Source: an uncultured Caulobacterales bacterium | GTDB taxonomy: Bacteria > Pseudomonadota > Alphaproteobacteria > Caulobacterales > CAYPOX01 | Reading direction: 5' to 3' | DNA length: 64,000 nucleotides | Assembly: GCA_964412525.1 (NCBI GenBank) | Contig: CAYPOX010000002.1 | Location: 27 to 64,026 of the forward strand | Shown: positions 53,142 through 62,149 of the stretch, one piece after another | How positions within the stretch are numbered: the stretch's first letter is position 1 | Layout of the letters: each line of letters starts with the position of its first letter | Program-made: the position numbers and the translations under genes | Notes under the pieces: generated by a model | The model's input: only the letters and a program-made list of their open reading frames with translations | The model's database searches: none | Told to the model about the DNA's origin: nothing

Positions 53142-55724
53142 ATGTCGTTCCAGCTGCAGCTTTTGCACGCCTCCGACCTCGAAGGCGGCGTCGACGCAAT
53201 CCAAAACGCGCCGAACTTCGCGGCCATCGCGAACTATTTCGAGACGACCTTCACGCCGGATGACGGCAACACCGGCGGCACGCTGATCATCTCGGCCGGC
53301 GACAACTACATCCCGGGCCCGTTCTTCGGCGCCGGCGCGGAGATCCGCAGCGAACAGCAAGACGTGTTCGAACGCTTCTACGGCCTTGAAGCCGGCACGC
53401 TCTCCCAACTCGAGGCCGACTCCGGCCGGGTCGACATCGGCATCATGAACATTATCGGGTTCGACGCCTCCGCGGTCGGCAACCACGAATTCGACGCCGG
53501 CACGAGCCTGTTCGAGCCGGGCAACTCATCCGCCACGGTTTCGCCGGAATTCGATTTCGGCAATTTCGACGGCGGCAACGGCCCGGGCCTCGGCGCGGAT
53601 CCGATCAACGGCTTTGAGTGGTTCGGCGCCAACTTCCCCTATCTTTCGGTCAATCTCGACTGGTCGGCGGACGAAGCCGCGGGCGTCTTCACCGACGAGA
53701 TCCGCCCGGTCGAGGCCTACATCACCAACCCGTCCGACCAGACCTTCATCGACAACGCGGTGAACACGCCGGAGAAAGTCGCGCCGTCCAGCTTTGCCGT
53801 CGTGGACGGCAATTTGGTCGGCATCATCGGCCTGACGACGCCGGCGGTGGAGAGCATCTCCTCCACGGGCCTCGTCGACGTGATCGATCCAGAGACGACG
53901 GATCAAAGCCTGATCCCGACAATCCTGCCGGGCGTCGCTGACCTCATCAACGCGGAAGTCGCACGTCACCGCGCGCTGGGCGTCGAGACGATCATCCTCA
54001 CGAGCCACCTCCAGCAATTTGGTTTTGAAGAAGAACTCGCGCCGTTGCTCAACGGCGTCGACGTCATCATCGCCGGCGGCTCGGACACGATCCTGCTCGA
54101 CGAAAACGACGTGGCGCGCGGCGGCGACACGGCCGATCGCAACGAGTATCCGGTGCTGACGACGAACGCCGAAGGCAATCCGGTCGCCATCGTCTCCACC
54201 AATGGCGAATACACCTATGTGGGCCGCCTCGTCGTGGAGTTCGACGAAAACGGCAACCTCGTCGCCGATTCGATCGATGCGGTGGAATCCGGGTCCTATG
54301 AGACGACGAATGACGGCGTGCTGCGCGTCGTCACCGACGGCTCGGCCACCGTGGATGGCGACTCGATCTCCTTTACGGAAAACTCCGTCGCCGACCTCGT
54401 TCAAGATCTCGCCGGCGCGGTCGAAGCGGTCGTCATCGAACGCGACGCGCTGATCCTGGCGGAATCGGACGTGTTCCTGGAAGGCCGCCGGACTCAGGTC
54501 CGCACGGAAGAGACCAACCTGTCCAACGCCATCGGCGACGGCCAGATCTTTTACGCCCAGCAGTTCGACCCGACTGTTCAAATCTCCATCCAGAACGGCG
54601 GCGGCATCCGCGCAGAGATCGGCTCGATCGAGAACGATCCGGACACGGGCGTCACGACGCTCGGCCCGACCGAGGCGAACCCGCTTTCGGGCAAAGAGGC
54701 CGGAGAAGTCTCCGCCCTCGACGTGGAGAACACGCTGCGCTTCGACAACGCGCTGACCTTGCTCACGCTGACTGCCGAGGAAATCCTCCAAGTGGTCGAG
54801 CACGGCGTGTCGTCCAGCTCGGAAGTCTTCGGCGAAGCGACGCCGGGCCAGTTCATCCAGGTCTCCGGCCTGACCTTCTCCTTCGACCCAAGCCTGCCGG
54901 CCAATGAGCGCGTCGGTTTCCTGGCGGTGACCGATGAAGACGGAAACATCATCGACGTGCTCGCCAACAATGGCGAAATCGTCGGCGACGCGAACCGCAC
55001 TTATCGGATCGTGACGAACAGCTTCATCGCCGACGGCGGCGACGGCTATCCCTTTGCAGACTTCGCGGCGGCCGATCCGAGCCGGGTTAATGTCGTCGGC
55101 CTGCGCGACGAGGGCGTCGATCCGGCGACCTTCGATCCGGGCCGCGTCGAAGTCACGGAGACGGGCGGTCAACGCGACGCGTTCGCCGAATATCTCGCCT
55201 TCTTGTCCGAGCAGGGCACGACCTTCGACACGGCTGAAACGCCCGTCACCGAAGACCTGCGCATTCAGAACCTCACCCAGCGCGATTTCGCCTCGATCGA
55301 TACGGACGCGGTGGTGACGGCGGTGGTCGGCGCCAATGGAGCCCCGACCTATGTCGCCGGCGCGGATACGGCGGACGGCACGGTCGCCGGTTCGTTCCAG
55401 GCGCTGCCGGACGACGCCGACCAAGGCGTCGACGTGTTCCGCTTCGTGAATGCTGCGAATGGCGACACGGTGCTGACGACCAGCACGGTTGAAGCTGACG
55501 CCATCCGTAGCGCCGGCCTTCTGACCGATGACGGCTCCGTGTTCAACGCCTTCGCGACTGACCAGGGCGACGCCACGATCCCGGTGTTCCGCGTCTTCTC
55601 GACCGGCCTCGGCCACGTCTACACGGCCGATGAAGCCGAACGCGACGCTTTCCTCGCCGACGGCTTCCTCGATGAGGGCGTCGCCTTCTTCGTCTTCGGC
55701 TCGGACGTCGATCTCATCGGCTAG
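53142..55724 (+). CDS. metallophosphoesterase / 5'-nucleotidase-family phosphatase with C-terminal DUF5648-like repeats, leaderless
   Basis: Track ORF 53067..55724; ATG 53142 follows AAAGGGGAG. LQLLHASDLEG, ISAGDNYIPG and VGNHEFDAG (calcineurin-like motifs), then a 5'-nucleotidase-C-like middle. C-terminus VDVFRFVNAANGDTVLTT... and IPVFRVFSTGLGHVYTADEAERDAF. Confidence 0.75.
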   Translation: MSFQLQLLHASDLEGGVDAIQNAPNFAAIANYFETTFTPDDGNTGGTLIISAGDNYIPGPFFGAGAEIRSEQQDVFERFYGLEAGTLSQLEADSGRVDIGIMNIIGFDASAVGNHEFDAGTSLFEPGNSSATVSPEFDFGNFDGGNGPGLGADPINGFEWFGANFPYLSVNLDWSADEAAGVFTDEIRPVEAYITNPSDQTFIDNAVNTPEKVAPSSFAVVDGNLVGIIGLTTPAVESISSTGLVDVIDPETTDQSLIPTILPGVADLINAEVARHRALGVETIILTSHLQQFGFEEELAPLLNGVDVIIAGGSDTILLDENDVARGGDTADRNEYPVLTTNAEGNPVAIVSTNGEYTYVGRLVVEFDENGNLVADSIDAVESGSYETTNDGVLRVVTDGSATVDGDSISFTENSVADLVQDLAGAVEAVVIERDALILAESDVFLEGRRTQVRTEETNLSNAIGDGQIFYAQQFDPTVQISIQNGGGIRAEIGSIENDPDTGVTTLGPTEANPLSGKEAGEVSALDVENTLRFDNALTLLTLTAEEILQVVEHGVSSSSEVFGEATPGQFIQVSGLTFSFDPSLPANERVGFLAVTDEDGNIIDVLANNGEIVGDANRTYRIVTNSFIADGGDGYPFADFAAADPSRVNVVGLRDEGVDPATFDPGRVEVTETGGQRDAFAEYLAFLSEQGTTFDTAETPVTEDLRIQNLTQRDFASIDTDAVVTAVVGANGAPTYVAGADTADGTVAGSFQALPDDADQGVDVFRFVNAANGDTVLTTSTVEADAIRSAGLLTDDGSVFNAFATDQGDATIPVFRVFSTGLGHVYTADEAERDAFLADGFLDEGVAFFVFGSDVDLIG

Positions 55725-55765
55725 GTCTCAGCCGCACAGTTTCCCGGCTACGGGGAAATGGGGGG

Positions 55766-55800
55766 AGGGGGCGCGTCTTCGGGCGCGCCCTCTTTTTTTT
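55766..55800 (+). terminator. rho-independent terminator after the phosphatase gene
   Basis: GC stem GGGCGCG (55769-55775) / CGCGCCC (55784-55790), extendable to ~10 bp, followed by T8 (55793-55800). Confidence 0.8.
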
Positions 55801-55935
55801 CGCTTTATCACGCAGTTGCGCGACTTGAGAGGTTTTTGCGCGCAACCCTGCGGCGTGCGCCGGCCTTGCGCTCTGGCCTCAACCGCCACGGCGCGCTAGG
55901 ACCGGCGCTTTCCGATTCATGAAAAGGACCACGAG

Positions 55936-56211
55936 ATGAGCGACAAATTCGCTTTGAACCCGGAGAGCGACCGCGGCGCCCGCGTGATCGAGATCCGCGA
56001 CCAGATCGCCCGCCCGGCGTTGCAGCAGACGCTTAAAACGGCGAAAGACAAAGGCCATGACGAAAAGGACATTCTGAACGGCGTGTCCGCAGCCTATCAG
56101 CAAATGCTGATCGCCGTGCTCGGCCCGAAGGGCGCCGCCGCGCTCATGAAAGGCCATGCGGAGTTTCTGGCCGAGGCCGCGGAAAAGGCCGAAGCCGCGA
56201 CCAAGAACTGA
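55936..56211 (+). CDS. hypothetical 91-aa helical protein
   Basis: AAAAGGA lies 8 nt before the ATG. No recognised motif. Convergent with repA. Confidence 0.4.
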   Translation: MSDKFALNPESDRGARVIEIRDQIARPALQQTLKTAKDKGHDEKDILNGVSAAYQQMLIAVLGPKGAAALMKGHAEFLAEAAEKAEAATKN

Positions 56212-56218
56212 GCGGCGA

Positions 56219-57157
56219 TCAGCCGGCTTGGCGGCGGTTGAAGCCCAAGGGCGCAAGACGGCGCTCGGGCACCGCCGGGCGCGACGGGTGGAGGCGCAAA
56301 CCGCGTTCCTCCACATCCACCCGCGCGTCCGGATAAACGGCGAGGGCGAGCTTCAGGGCGTTCAAGAATTGCGGTTTGAAGTGGTGCACGGATTTATAGG
56401 CGCCGAACTGCTTCATCAGCGCGAGCCAGGACACGGAGATCGGCGCGTCGAGCGACCGCAATCGATAGGCGAGCCAAATATAAATATCGATCGCCAAGGA
56501 TTTGCCCGAAATCCGCTTCAACGCCTCTTCCCAGATCGGCACTGGATGCGCTTTCAAGCTTTCAAAAAACGTCTCGGACAGCTCCACCACATCTGACCAT
56601 AGTTCGCCTTGGGCTAGATCACGATCCGATTTCACTTGGATCGCGGAGGTGACGATTGGGTCTTGGCGGCGCGCCTTCACCCGATCGTCCTCCCAGAAAA
56701 AGGTGATCGAGCAGGCTGAAATCCGGTCCGCCTGATCGCGCACTTGGGCGTAGGTGTTGCCGCCGATCGAAAGTCCCATTCGGGTCAGCCAATCATGCAT
56801 GGATCGGCCCAACTCCACTTTGCGGGAATTGGTCTGAAGCGAACGCGTCTGCAAATAAAGCAGGATCATGCGCGCCTTCGAACCATAGGGCACGCCTACC
56901 AAACTCTCATTTCGATCGACGCCGGACTGCACGATGAGCGTGATCTTATGGCCGTCGCGCTTCCATGTGGGCTCATTGATCTTCTTGTGAGGCAAGCCTG
57001 TCATGCAAAAGCCAGAGTAGGTGATGCCCAATCTCTGGCTTTCTTCAGCCAACACTTCGGCCGCCACGTCGATCGCCAAGCGATCATGGGCGGTTTTCGC
57101 TTCGGCGCGCGCTGCTGCGAGACCCTTTTCTAAGATGAGGTCATGAATTTCGGCCAT
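56219..57157 (-). CDS. repA: plasmid replication initiator protein A (RepA, RPA family)
   Basis: 312 aa. GLPHKK...LVGVPYGSKARMILLYLQTRSLQTNSRKVELGRSMHDWLTRMGLSIGGNTYAQVRDQADRISACSITFFW matches the 'replication initiator protein A' family pattern. Iterons lie immediately upstream. Confidence 0.85.
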   Translation of the reverse strand: MAEIHDLILEKGLAAARAEAKTAHDRLAIDVAAEVLAEESQRLGITYSGFCMTGLPHKKINEPTWKRDGHKITLIVQSGVDRNESLVGVPYGSKARMILLYLQTRSLQTNSRKVELGRSMHDWLTRMGLSIGGNTYAQVRDQADRISACSITFFWEDDRVKARRQDPIVTSAIQVKSDRDLAQGELWSDVVELSETFFESLKAHPVPIWEEALKRISGKSLAIDIYIWLAYRLRSLDAPISVSWLALMKQFGAYKSVHHFKPQFLNALKLALAVYPDARVDVEERGLRLHPSRPAVPERRLAPLGFNRRQAG

Positions 57158-57422
57158 AAGGCGAAGTCCTTGCCGGAGAGGCGTTGCTTTGAGCGGCTTC
57201 TTTGAGTCGTGTGACAGCTAAAACCGTGCAGGCGTCGGAGTCGATTTGGATTCTACCGTTTGGACTCTTCCGGGCGTTCAATAGGAATTTTGTAGGAATC
57301 TTATCTATTAGATTCCTCGGTAGAGTCCTGGGGACAACCTCATGAATCCGCGCTGGAGTCCAAATTTGTCTCGGCGCAATCCAAATTGACTCGGCAGAGT
57401 CCTGGGGACGACTCGGGTGATC

Positions 57423-57431
57423 TGTGGATAA
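57423..57431 (-). promoter_or_regulatory. DnaA box (perfect TTATCCACA on minus strand)
   Basis: The plus strand reads TGTGGATAA, embedded in the 13-bp repeat ATCTGTGGATAAC. Confidence 0.7.
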
Positions 57432-57478
57432 CTTTCTCAACCCCGTGCGGCGGAGTCCTGGGGACAAGTCGGAGCATC

Positions 57479-57487
57479 TGTGGATAA
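57479..57487 (-). promoter_or_regulatory. DnaA box (perfect TTATCCACA on minus strand)
   Basis: Second copy of ATCTGTGGATAAC, 56 bp from the first. Confidence 0.7.
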
Positions 57488-57739
57488 CCATATATGTCTG
57501 CGCGCGAGGCGAGGGGGCCGAACCGGAACGGCGCCGATCCTCATCCGATTCTGAACCGGCTGTGACCCGATCGAAAACCCGCTTTCCGACCGTTTGGACT
57601 CTACCGCGCGAGTCCGGGCGCCCATAGGCCGTGGGGGGCGGCCTTTCCGCCGGTCCAATTCCCGCTCGGTAGAATCCAAACGCATTGTCGACGGGTCGAC
57701 GAGCCTGCGCTAACTGCGCGTTGTTGGAGAAGATCGGGA

Positions 57740-58933
57740 GTGCACACGATTCAAGGGTTCCTCCATATAGGCCTCGGCAAATGCGCGAGCAGCTATCTGC
57801 AGACAGTGTGGGATCGTGACGCTGGGCATCACTCGTTCAACTTCCTCAAAGTCGCAAACGTCGTTCGAGAGTTGGTTGAGAAACGGGAGAACAGGCCGCT
57901 GTCATTCAATCTCCCGGTTTCGCCAGGAACCACGCGTGTCGCCACCTGTGAAGGCTTAACCTGGGGTTGGATCAATCAGTCGGCGCGGCACGATTTGATT
58001 CCTGAACTCCACCGTATGGGCGCGTCTTTGTTGGGACGCGCCGGCGCGCCGAAAACGGTTCTTCTGATGGTGCGCGATCCGATCGATTGGATCCGGGCCG
58101 CCCATGAGCAAAGCTTGAAGGAGGGGGGCGTTGACGCCCGCAGCGCCTTTCTCGTTTCCCACGATCGCTTCATTCGTCACGTGCTGAATCTTGAGAGCTT
58201 GGGCGCGGCCTATGAGGCTTGTGGCTTTCGGATCGTGATTCTCTCGGCCGACGAGTTGCGCGCGGACCCGGATGCGTTTTGGGCGCGTTATGAGGACCGC
58301 CTCGACGCACCGATTCCGAACGCTGCAATCCGTACGGAGGTCGGCGCAGACTCTATGCTGAGCAATACTGGTTTCGGTGCGCTCGCGCCGGCGCTCGCGG
58401 ACATGAACCGCTTGTTCGACGCGCTGTTCCATTTCTTCGAAACACAAGGCAGCGCCGCCCAACAAGCGCAAAGCGTCCGCTTGCGACCGATCATGCGGCC
58501 CTTCGGCGCGGCCATGCTTCGTCGGCTGTCTGGTGCGGACGCCAATGCATTGCGCGCGCAGATCCGCGCCTTGGCCGCGGAGACGTCGTCCGTTGAATGG
58601 GCGCAAGCTTGCACCGCCGCGCTTGAAACTATGATGTCGGCCTGTGAAGCGAGCGGCGATCCGCGCGATGTCGCCTTTGTCGACGCGCTGCGCAATGCGT
58701 TCGGTCTTGTTGGTCCAACGGCTCTTTCTGTGCGCGGCGCGGAGGCTTTGGAGGCGGTGCAGGCGCGCTTGCCCGAGGCCGGTCCTCCGGATGACGAAGC
58801 GTTTTTCGAAGGTTCGCCGTCGCCCGATTTGCGCGATCATTTGAAGGCGCGCTTTCTTGCGCCGCTTCGCGCGAAGGCGGACATTCCGTCGGACATTTTG
58901 GATCGTTATTCGGCCGCGCTTGACGGGGCTTAG
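57740..58933 (+). CDS. sulfotransferase-like protein (tentative)
   Basis: GTG start preceded by GGAGAAG. FLHIGLGKCASSYLQ resembles the 5'-PSB loop (hIPKtGgTsl). LLMVRDPIDWIRAAHEQ resembles the 3'-PB motif (vRdPvdRl.S). The C-terminal half is Ala-rich and unrecognised. Its stop overlaps the convergent GT2 stop (TTAG). Confidence 0.45.
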   Translation: MHTIQGFLHIGLGKCASSYLQTVWDRDAGHHSFNFLKVANVVRELVEKRENRPLSFNLPVSPGTTRVATCEGLTWGWINQSARHDLIPELHRMGASLLGRAGAPKTVLLMVRDPIDWIRAAHEQSLKEGGVDARSAFLVSHDRFIRHVLNLESLGAAYEACGFRIVILSADELRADPDAFWARYEDRLDAPIPNAAIRTEVGADSMLSNTGFGALAPALADMNRLFDALFHFFETQGSAAQQAQSVRLRPIMRPFGAAMLRRLSGADANALRAQIRALAAETSSVEWAQACTAALETMMSACEASGDPRDVAFVDALRNAFGLVGPTALSVRGAEALEAVQARLPEAGPPDDEAFFEGSPSPDLRDHLKARFLAPLRAKADIPSDILDRYSAALDGA

Positions 58934-61182
58934 GCGCCGCGCCGCCAGGGTTTGTCGACACGGGGCGGGAAAGCTGGCCGGAAGATGAGGCCCGCCCGCG
59001 CCATGTTCGGGGAGTAATAGGGATCTTCCTCAACCCAAGATCCCCAGCGCGCCTTCATCACGGCGGCCTCTCGATCAAGGCGGGCGGCCTTCTCGGCGTC
59101 CATCATGTCGAGGCCGCGGCTTGCGGATTCATGGTGGATCAACAGGGCGCGCGGCTCGTAGATCACGTTCAGGCCCGCCTTGCGCACCTTCAGGCAGTAA
59201 TCGATGTCGTTGAAGGCGACCTTCAAATGGTCCGCATCGAGCCCGCCCAGCCGGTCATAGACCGCCTTGCGGGTGAGCAGGCACGCGCCCGTCACCGCGC
59301 CGATCTCCTGGGCGAGATCCGCACGTCGAAAATAAGAATCGTCGCCGTTTTTCAGGCCGCAAAAGGCGTGGGAGCCGATCCCCCCCAGGCCCATCACCAC
59401 GCCGGCATGCTGAATGCGCCGATCCGGATAGAGCAGCTTGGCGCCGACCGCCCCCACCTCCGGACGCATCGCTTGGGCGACGAGGGCGTCGAGCCAATGG
59501 GGCTCGACCATTTCGATGTCGTTGTTCAGAAGCAGCACGAGATCGCCGGACGCGGCGGCCGCCGCCCGGTTGTTGAGGGCGGAGAAGTTGAACGGGCCCG
59601 GCGCGTCGAGCACCCGCACCCGGTCGTCTTCGAGGATCTCCCGAAAATAGGCGCGGCTTTTCGCTTCGACCGAACCGTTGTCGATCACGATCACCTCAAG
59701 GTCCGGATAGGCGGTCTTCGAAAGGGCGCCGCTCACCGCCATGCGCAAAAGATCGACCCGATCCCGGGTCGGAATCAGAATGGACACTTTGGGGGCCGGA
59801 TCCGGCCGCTCCCGCACGATCCGATGATAATCCGCCGGGCCGGGCTCGATCCGCGCCCGGATCCCGCAGGCGTCGAAATGGTCCGCGAGCGCGCGCCGGG
59901 CGGAGGCGGCCGTCGCCGCGCGCTTGCGGGTGGAATAGGTCGCCGCCCCATCGCCGATGCGCCAGTGATAGAGGACATGGGGGACGTGGCGGATCGCCTT
60001 CGAACCGACCCGGGCGAGGCAGCGCAACGCCAGGTCGTGATCCTGGCTGCCCTCATAGCCCTCCCGGAAGCCGCCCGCGGCCCGGGCCAGGCTCATCCGG
60101 TAGACGCCCAGATGGTTGATCAGGTTCTGCCCGTAAAACAGCTCCTCATTAAAGATCGGCTTGAAATGGGGCTGGCGGCGGCGACCTTGGGAGTCGAGGG
60201 CGTCTTCATCCGAATAGAGAATGTCCGGCTCCGGCTCCCCCTGCATGGCGCCGGCCATCACGGCCAGGGCGTGAGGCGCCAGAAGATCGTCATGGTCGAG
60301 AAGGGCCAGATAATCGCCCGTCGCCGCGGCGAGCCCGTCATTGGAGGCCGCCGAGATGTTGCCGTTGACGGGCCGATAGAGCGCGCGGATGCGCGGATCG
60401 CGGGCCTCGGCGGCGCGCAGGATCCGCCGGGGCGCGTCGGAGGGGGAGGCGTCGTCCACCAGGATCAGCTCCCAATCCGGGTAGAGCTGGGTCTCCACGC
60501 TGGCGATCGCCGCCTCCAAATGGGCGGGGTTTGACGCGTAGACCGGAACCAGGACGGAGAAGCGCGGCCGACGGCGAAAGCCGGCGATCCAGGTGCGGAT
60601 CTGGGCTTCGTCCTCCGCCGTCAGCGTGTCGAATTCGACGATCCAACGGGCGTAATCGACCGCCTGCTCCGGGGCGGCGAGCGCTGTCATCAAACGGCCC
60701 AGGCCCGCTTTGGGGCCGCGCCGCAAGGCGAGGCCGAGCGCCGCGCGCGCCTCGCCGGGCCGGGCGCGCATCGCGTGGGCGAGCACCGCCGGCCAGGTGG
60801 TCTCGACCGCCTCCACATGACGAAACCGCGGCGTGGGGCCGGGCCGGTCATGGGGCAGGAGGTGAAGCGGCCGGCCGGCCGGCAGATGAACGAGCCGGCG
60901 ATAGCGGCCGCCGCCGAGCCCGGGCAGGGGGATCGGATCGGCGCCTTCGGGCGCAAGATGCATATGCAGCGGCGGATCGTCGGGCTCGGTCGCCACCGTC
61001 ACCCAGGTCCAACCCTCGGGCGGATGGTCGGCGGTCGCCAAGCGCAGGCGCGAGGCCCGCGCCTCGACCGCGATCCGCCCGTCGGGCTGGAGCCGCGTGC
61101 CCACATCCGGGCAGACGCGAAGCGCCACCCGGCGCGTGCGGAGAAGTTTCGATGCGCGGCTGCGAAGCATGGCGGGGCTCAA
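58930..61182 (-). CDS. tandem GT2-GT2 glycosyltransferase (O-antigen polymerising type) with ~200-aa N-terminal domain
   Basis: FSVLVPVYASNPAHLEAAIASVETQLYPDWELILVDDASP and VSILIPTRDRVDLLRMAVSGALSKTAYPDLEVIVIDNGS give two GT2 DxD-type domains. Confidence 0.85.
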   Translation of the reverse strand: MSPAMLRSRASKLLRTRRVALRVCPDVGTRLQPDGRIAVEARASRLRLATADHPPEGWTWVTVATEPDDPPLHMHLAPEGADPIPLPGLGGGRYRRLVHLPAGRPLHLLPHDRPGPTPRFRHVEAVETTWPAVLAHAMRARPGEARAALGLALRRGPKAGLGRLMTALAAPEQAVDYARWIVEFDTLTAEDEAQIRTWIAGFRRRPRFSVLVPVYASNPAHLEAAIASVETQLYPDWELILVDDASPSDAPRRILRAAEARDPRIRALYRPVNGNISAASNDGLAAATGDYLALLDHDDLLAPHALAVMAGAMQGEPEPDILYSDEDALDSQGRRRQPHFKPIFNEELFYGQNLINHLGVYRMSLARAAGGFREGYEGSQDHDLALRCLARVGSKAIRHVPHVLYHWRIGDGAATYSTRKRAATAASARRALADHFDACGIRARIEPGPADYHRIVRERPDPAPKVSILIPTRDRVDLLRMAVSGALSKTAYPDLEVIVIDNGSVEAKSRAYFREILEDDRVRVLDAPGPFNFSALNNRAAAAASGDLVLLLNNDIEMVEPHWLDALVAQAMRPEVGAVGAKLLYPDRRIQHAGVVMGLGGIGSHAFCGLKNGDDSYFRRADLAQEIGAVTGACLLTRKAVYDRLGGLDADHLKVAFNDIDYCLKVRKAGLNVIYEPRALLIHHESASRGLDMMDAEKAARLDREAAVMKARWGSWVEEDPYYSPNMARAGLIFRPAFPPRVDKPWRRGA

Positions 61183-61264
61183 TGTTCTCTTAAGGACGGG
61201 GCTTGGGCGGCTCGTTCCGCCGTCCGGGTCGACGCGCGTTCGAGCTGATCACGGCGCGGCGCCT

Positions 61265-62149
61265 TCACAACACGTCCGCGAAGGCTTTGCGGGTTTTGGC
61301 GAAAAGGAAATAGCCGATCCAGCAGCAGAGAAGGCCGATCCCGGCATGGCCGGCGGTGCGGGCGAGATCCGGGACGGCGCCGAAGAGGAGAGCGTCGCGC
61401 AGCCCGTCCACGCTCGGGGCGATGGGATTGATCGCCAGGAAAGGCCGCGCCGGCCCCGGCGCAAGTTCGGCCGGATAGAAGACCGGGCTCAAAAACAAGA
61501 CGCCGGTGAGGATCGGAGGAAGGATCTGCTGCAGATCTCTGAGAAAGACGCCCAGCGCCCCTAGCGCGAAGGTGAGACCAAGCGCGATCAGGATGAGCGG
61601 CGCAAGGGCCAGGAGGGCCAAGGGCGCCGTCCAGGGCGGCGCGCCGGTCGTGATCACGACCGCGGCGAGGAGGATCAGGATTTGCGGCGCGGCGTTCATC
61701 AATCCGGCCGCCACGCTCGCCCAGGGCAGGATGTCCAAGGGAAAATTCGGTTGGGCGGCCAAGGTTCGATGTTTCAGCACAAGGACCGGCGCCCGGATCG
61801 CCGCATCGGCGAAGAGATTGAACACGATCAGGCCGGAGAACAGGATCACCACGGTCGGAACGCCGGTCTCCGCGCCGGGGGCCGGGGCGCCCCACCGGGC
61901 TTGAAACACTGCGCCGAACACGAAGGCGTAGACCCCCAGCATGAGAAGCGGCGTGATCAGGCCCCAGGCCGCGCCGAGCAAGGTTCCGCGCCGGGCCTCC
62001 GCCGCCTCCCGCACGGCGAAACGGCCGATCAAAGCGGGCCGGCGCAGGAGCGGGAAAAGAAAGGCCCAGGGCGCGCGGGCGGCGCGCTCATAGGCGCGCA
62101 CCCGGTCATGATAGCTTGCGGACGCCGCCGCTTCGGTCGAAGCGGTCAC
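61265..62149 (-). CDS. wzm: ABC-2 type polysaccharide/O-antigen export permease
   Basis: Track ORF 61265..62236. In-frame GTG 62149 overlaps the upstream TGA (GTGA). Opening ...LIGRFAVREAAEARRGTLLGAAWGLITPLLMLGVYAFVFGAVFQ is typical of Wzm/KpsM-type permeases; multiple TM segments follow. Confidence 0.8.
   Translation of the reverse strand: MTASTEAAASASYHDRVRAYERAARAPWAFLFPLLRRPALIGRFAVREAAEARRGTLLGAAWGLITPLLMLGVYAFVFGAVFQARWGAPAPGAETGVPTVVILFSGLIVFNLFADAAIRAPVLVLKHRTLAAQPNFPLDILPWASVAAGLMNAAPQILILLAAVVITTGAPPWTAPLALLALAPLILIALGLTFALGALGVFLRDLQQILPPILTGVLFLSPVFYPAELAPGPARPFLAINPIAPSVDGLRDALLFGAVPDLARTAGHAGIGLLCCWIGYFLFAKTRKAFADVL

Larger units (their letters stand above)
57244..57681. other. 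putative oriV: iterons, AT-rich inverted repeat and two DnaA boxes
   Basis: CGG-n-AGAGTCCTGGGGAC-r-A x3 (57318-57337, 57392-57411, 57448-57467). Related GGTAGA(G/A)TCCAAA units in both orientations (57244-57257, 57258-57268, 57355-57364, 57592-57605, 57668-57681). AT-rich IR AGGAATC-n10-GATTCCT (57294-57317). Located directly upstream of repA. Confidence 0.7.

Noticed and set aside
53526-55616. 696-aa minus-strand ORF opposite the phosphatase gene
   Set aside because: The calcineurin-like motifs (GNHEFD etc.) and the terminator orientation support the plus strand.
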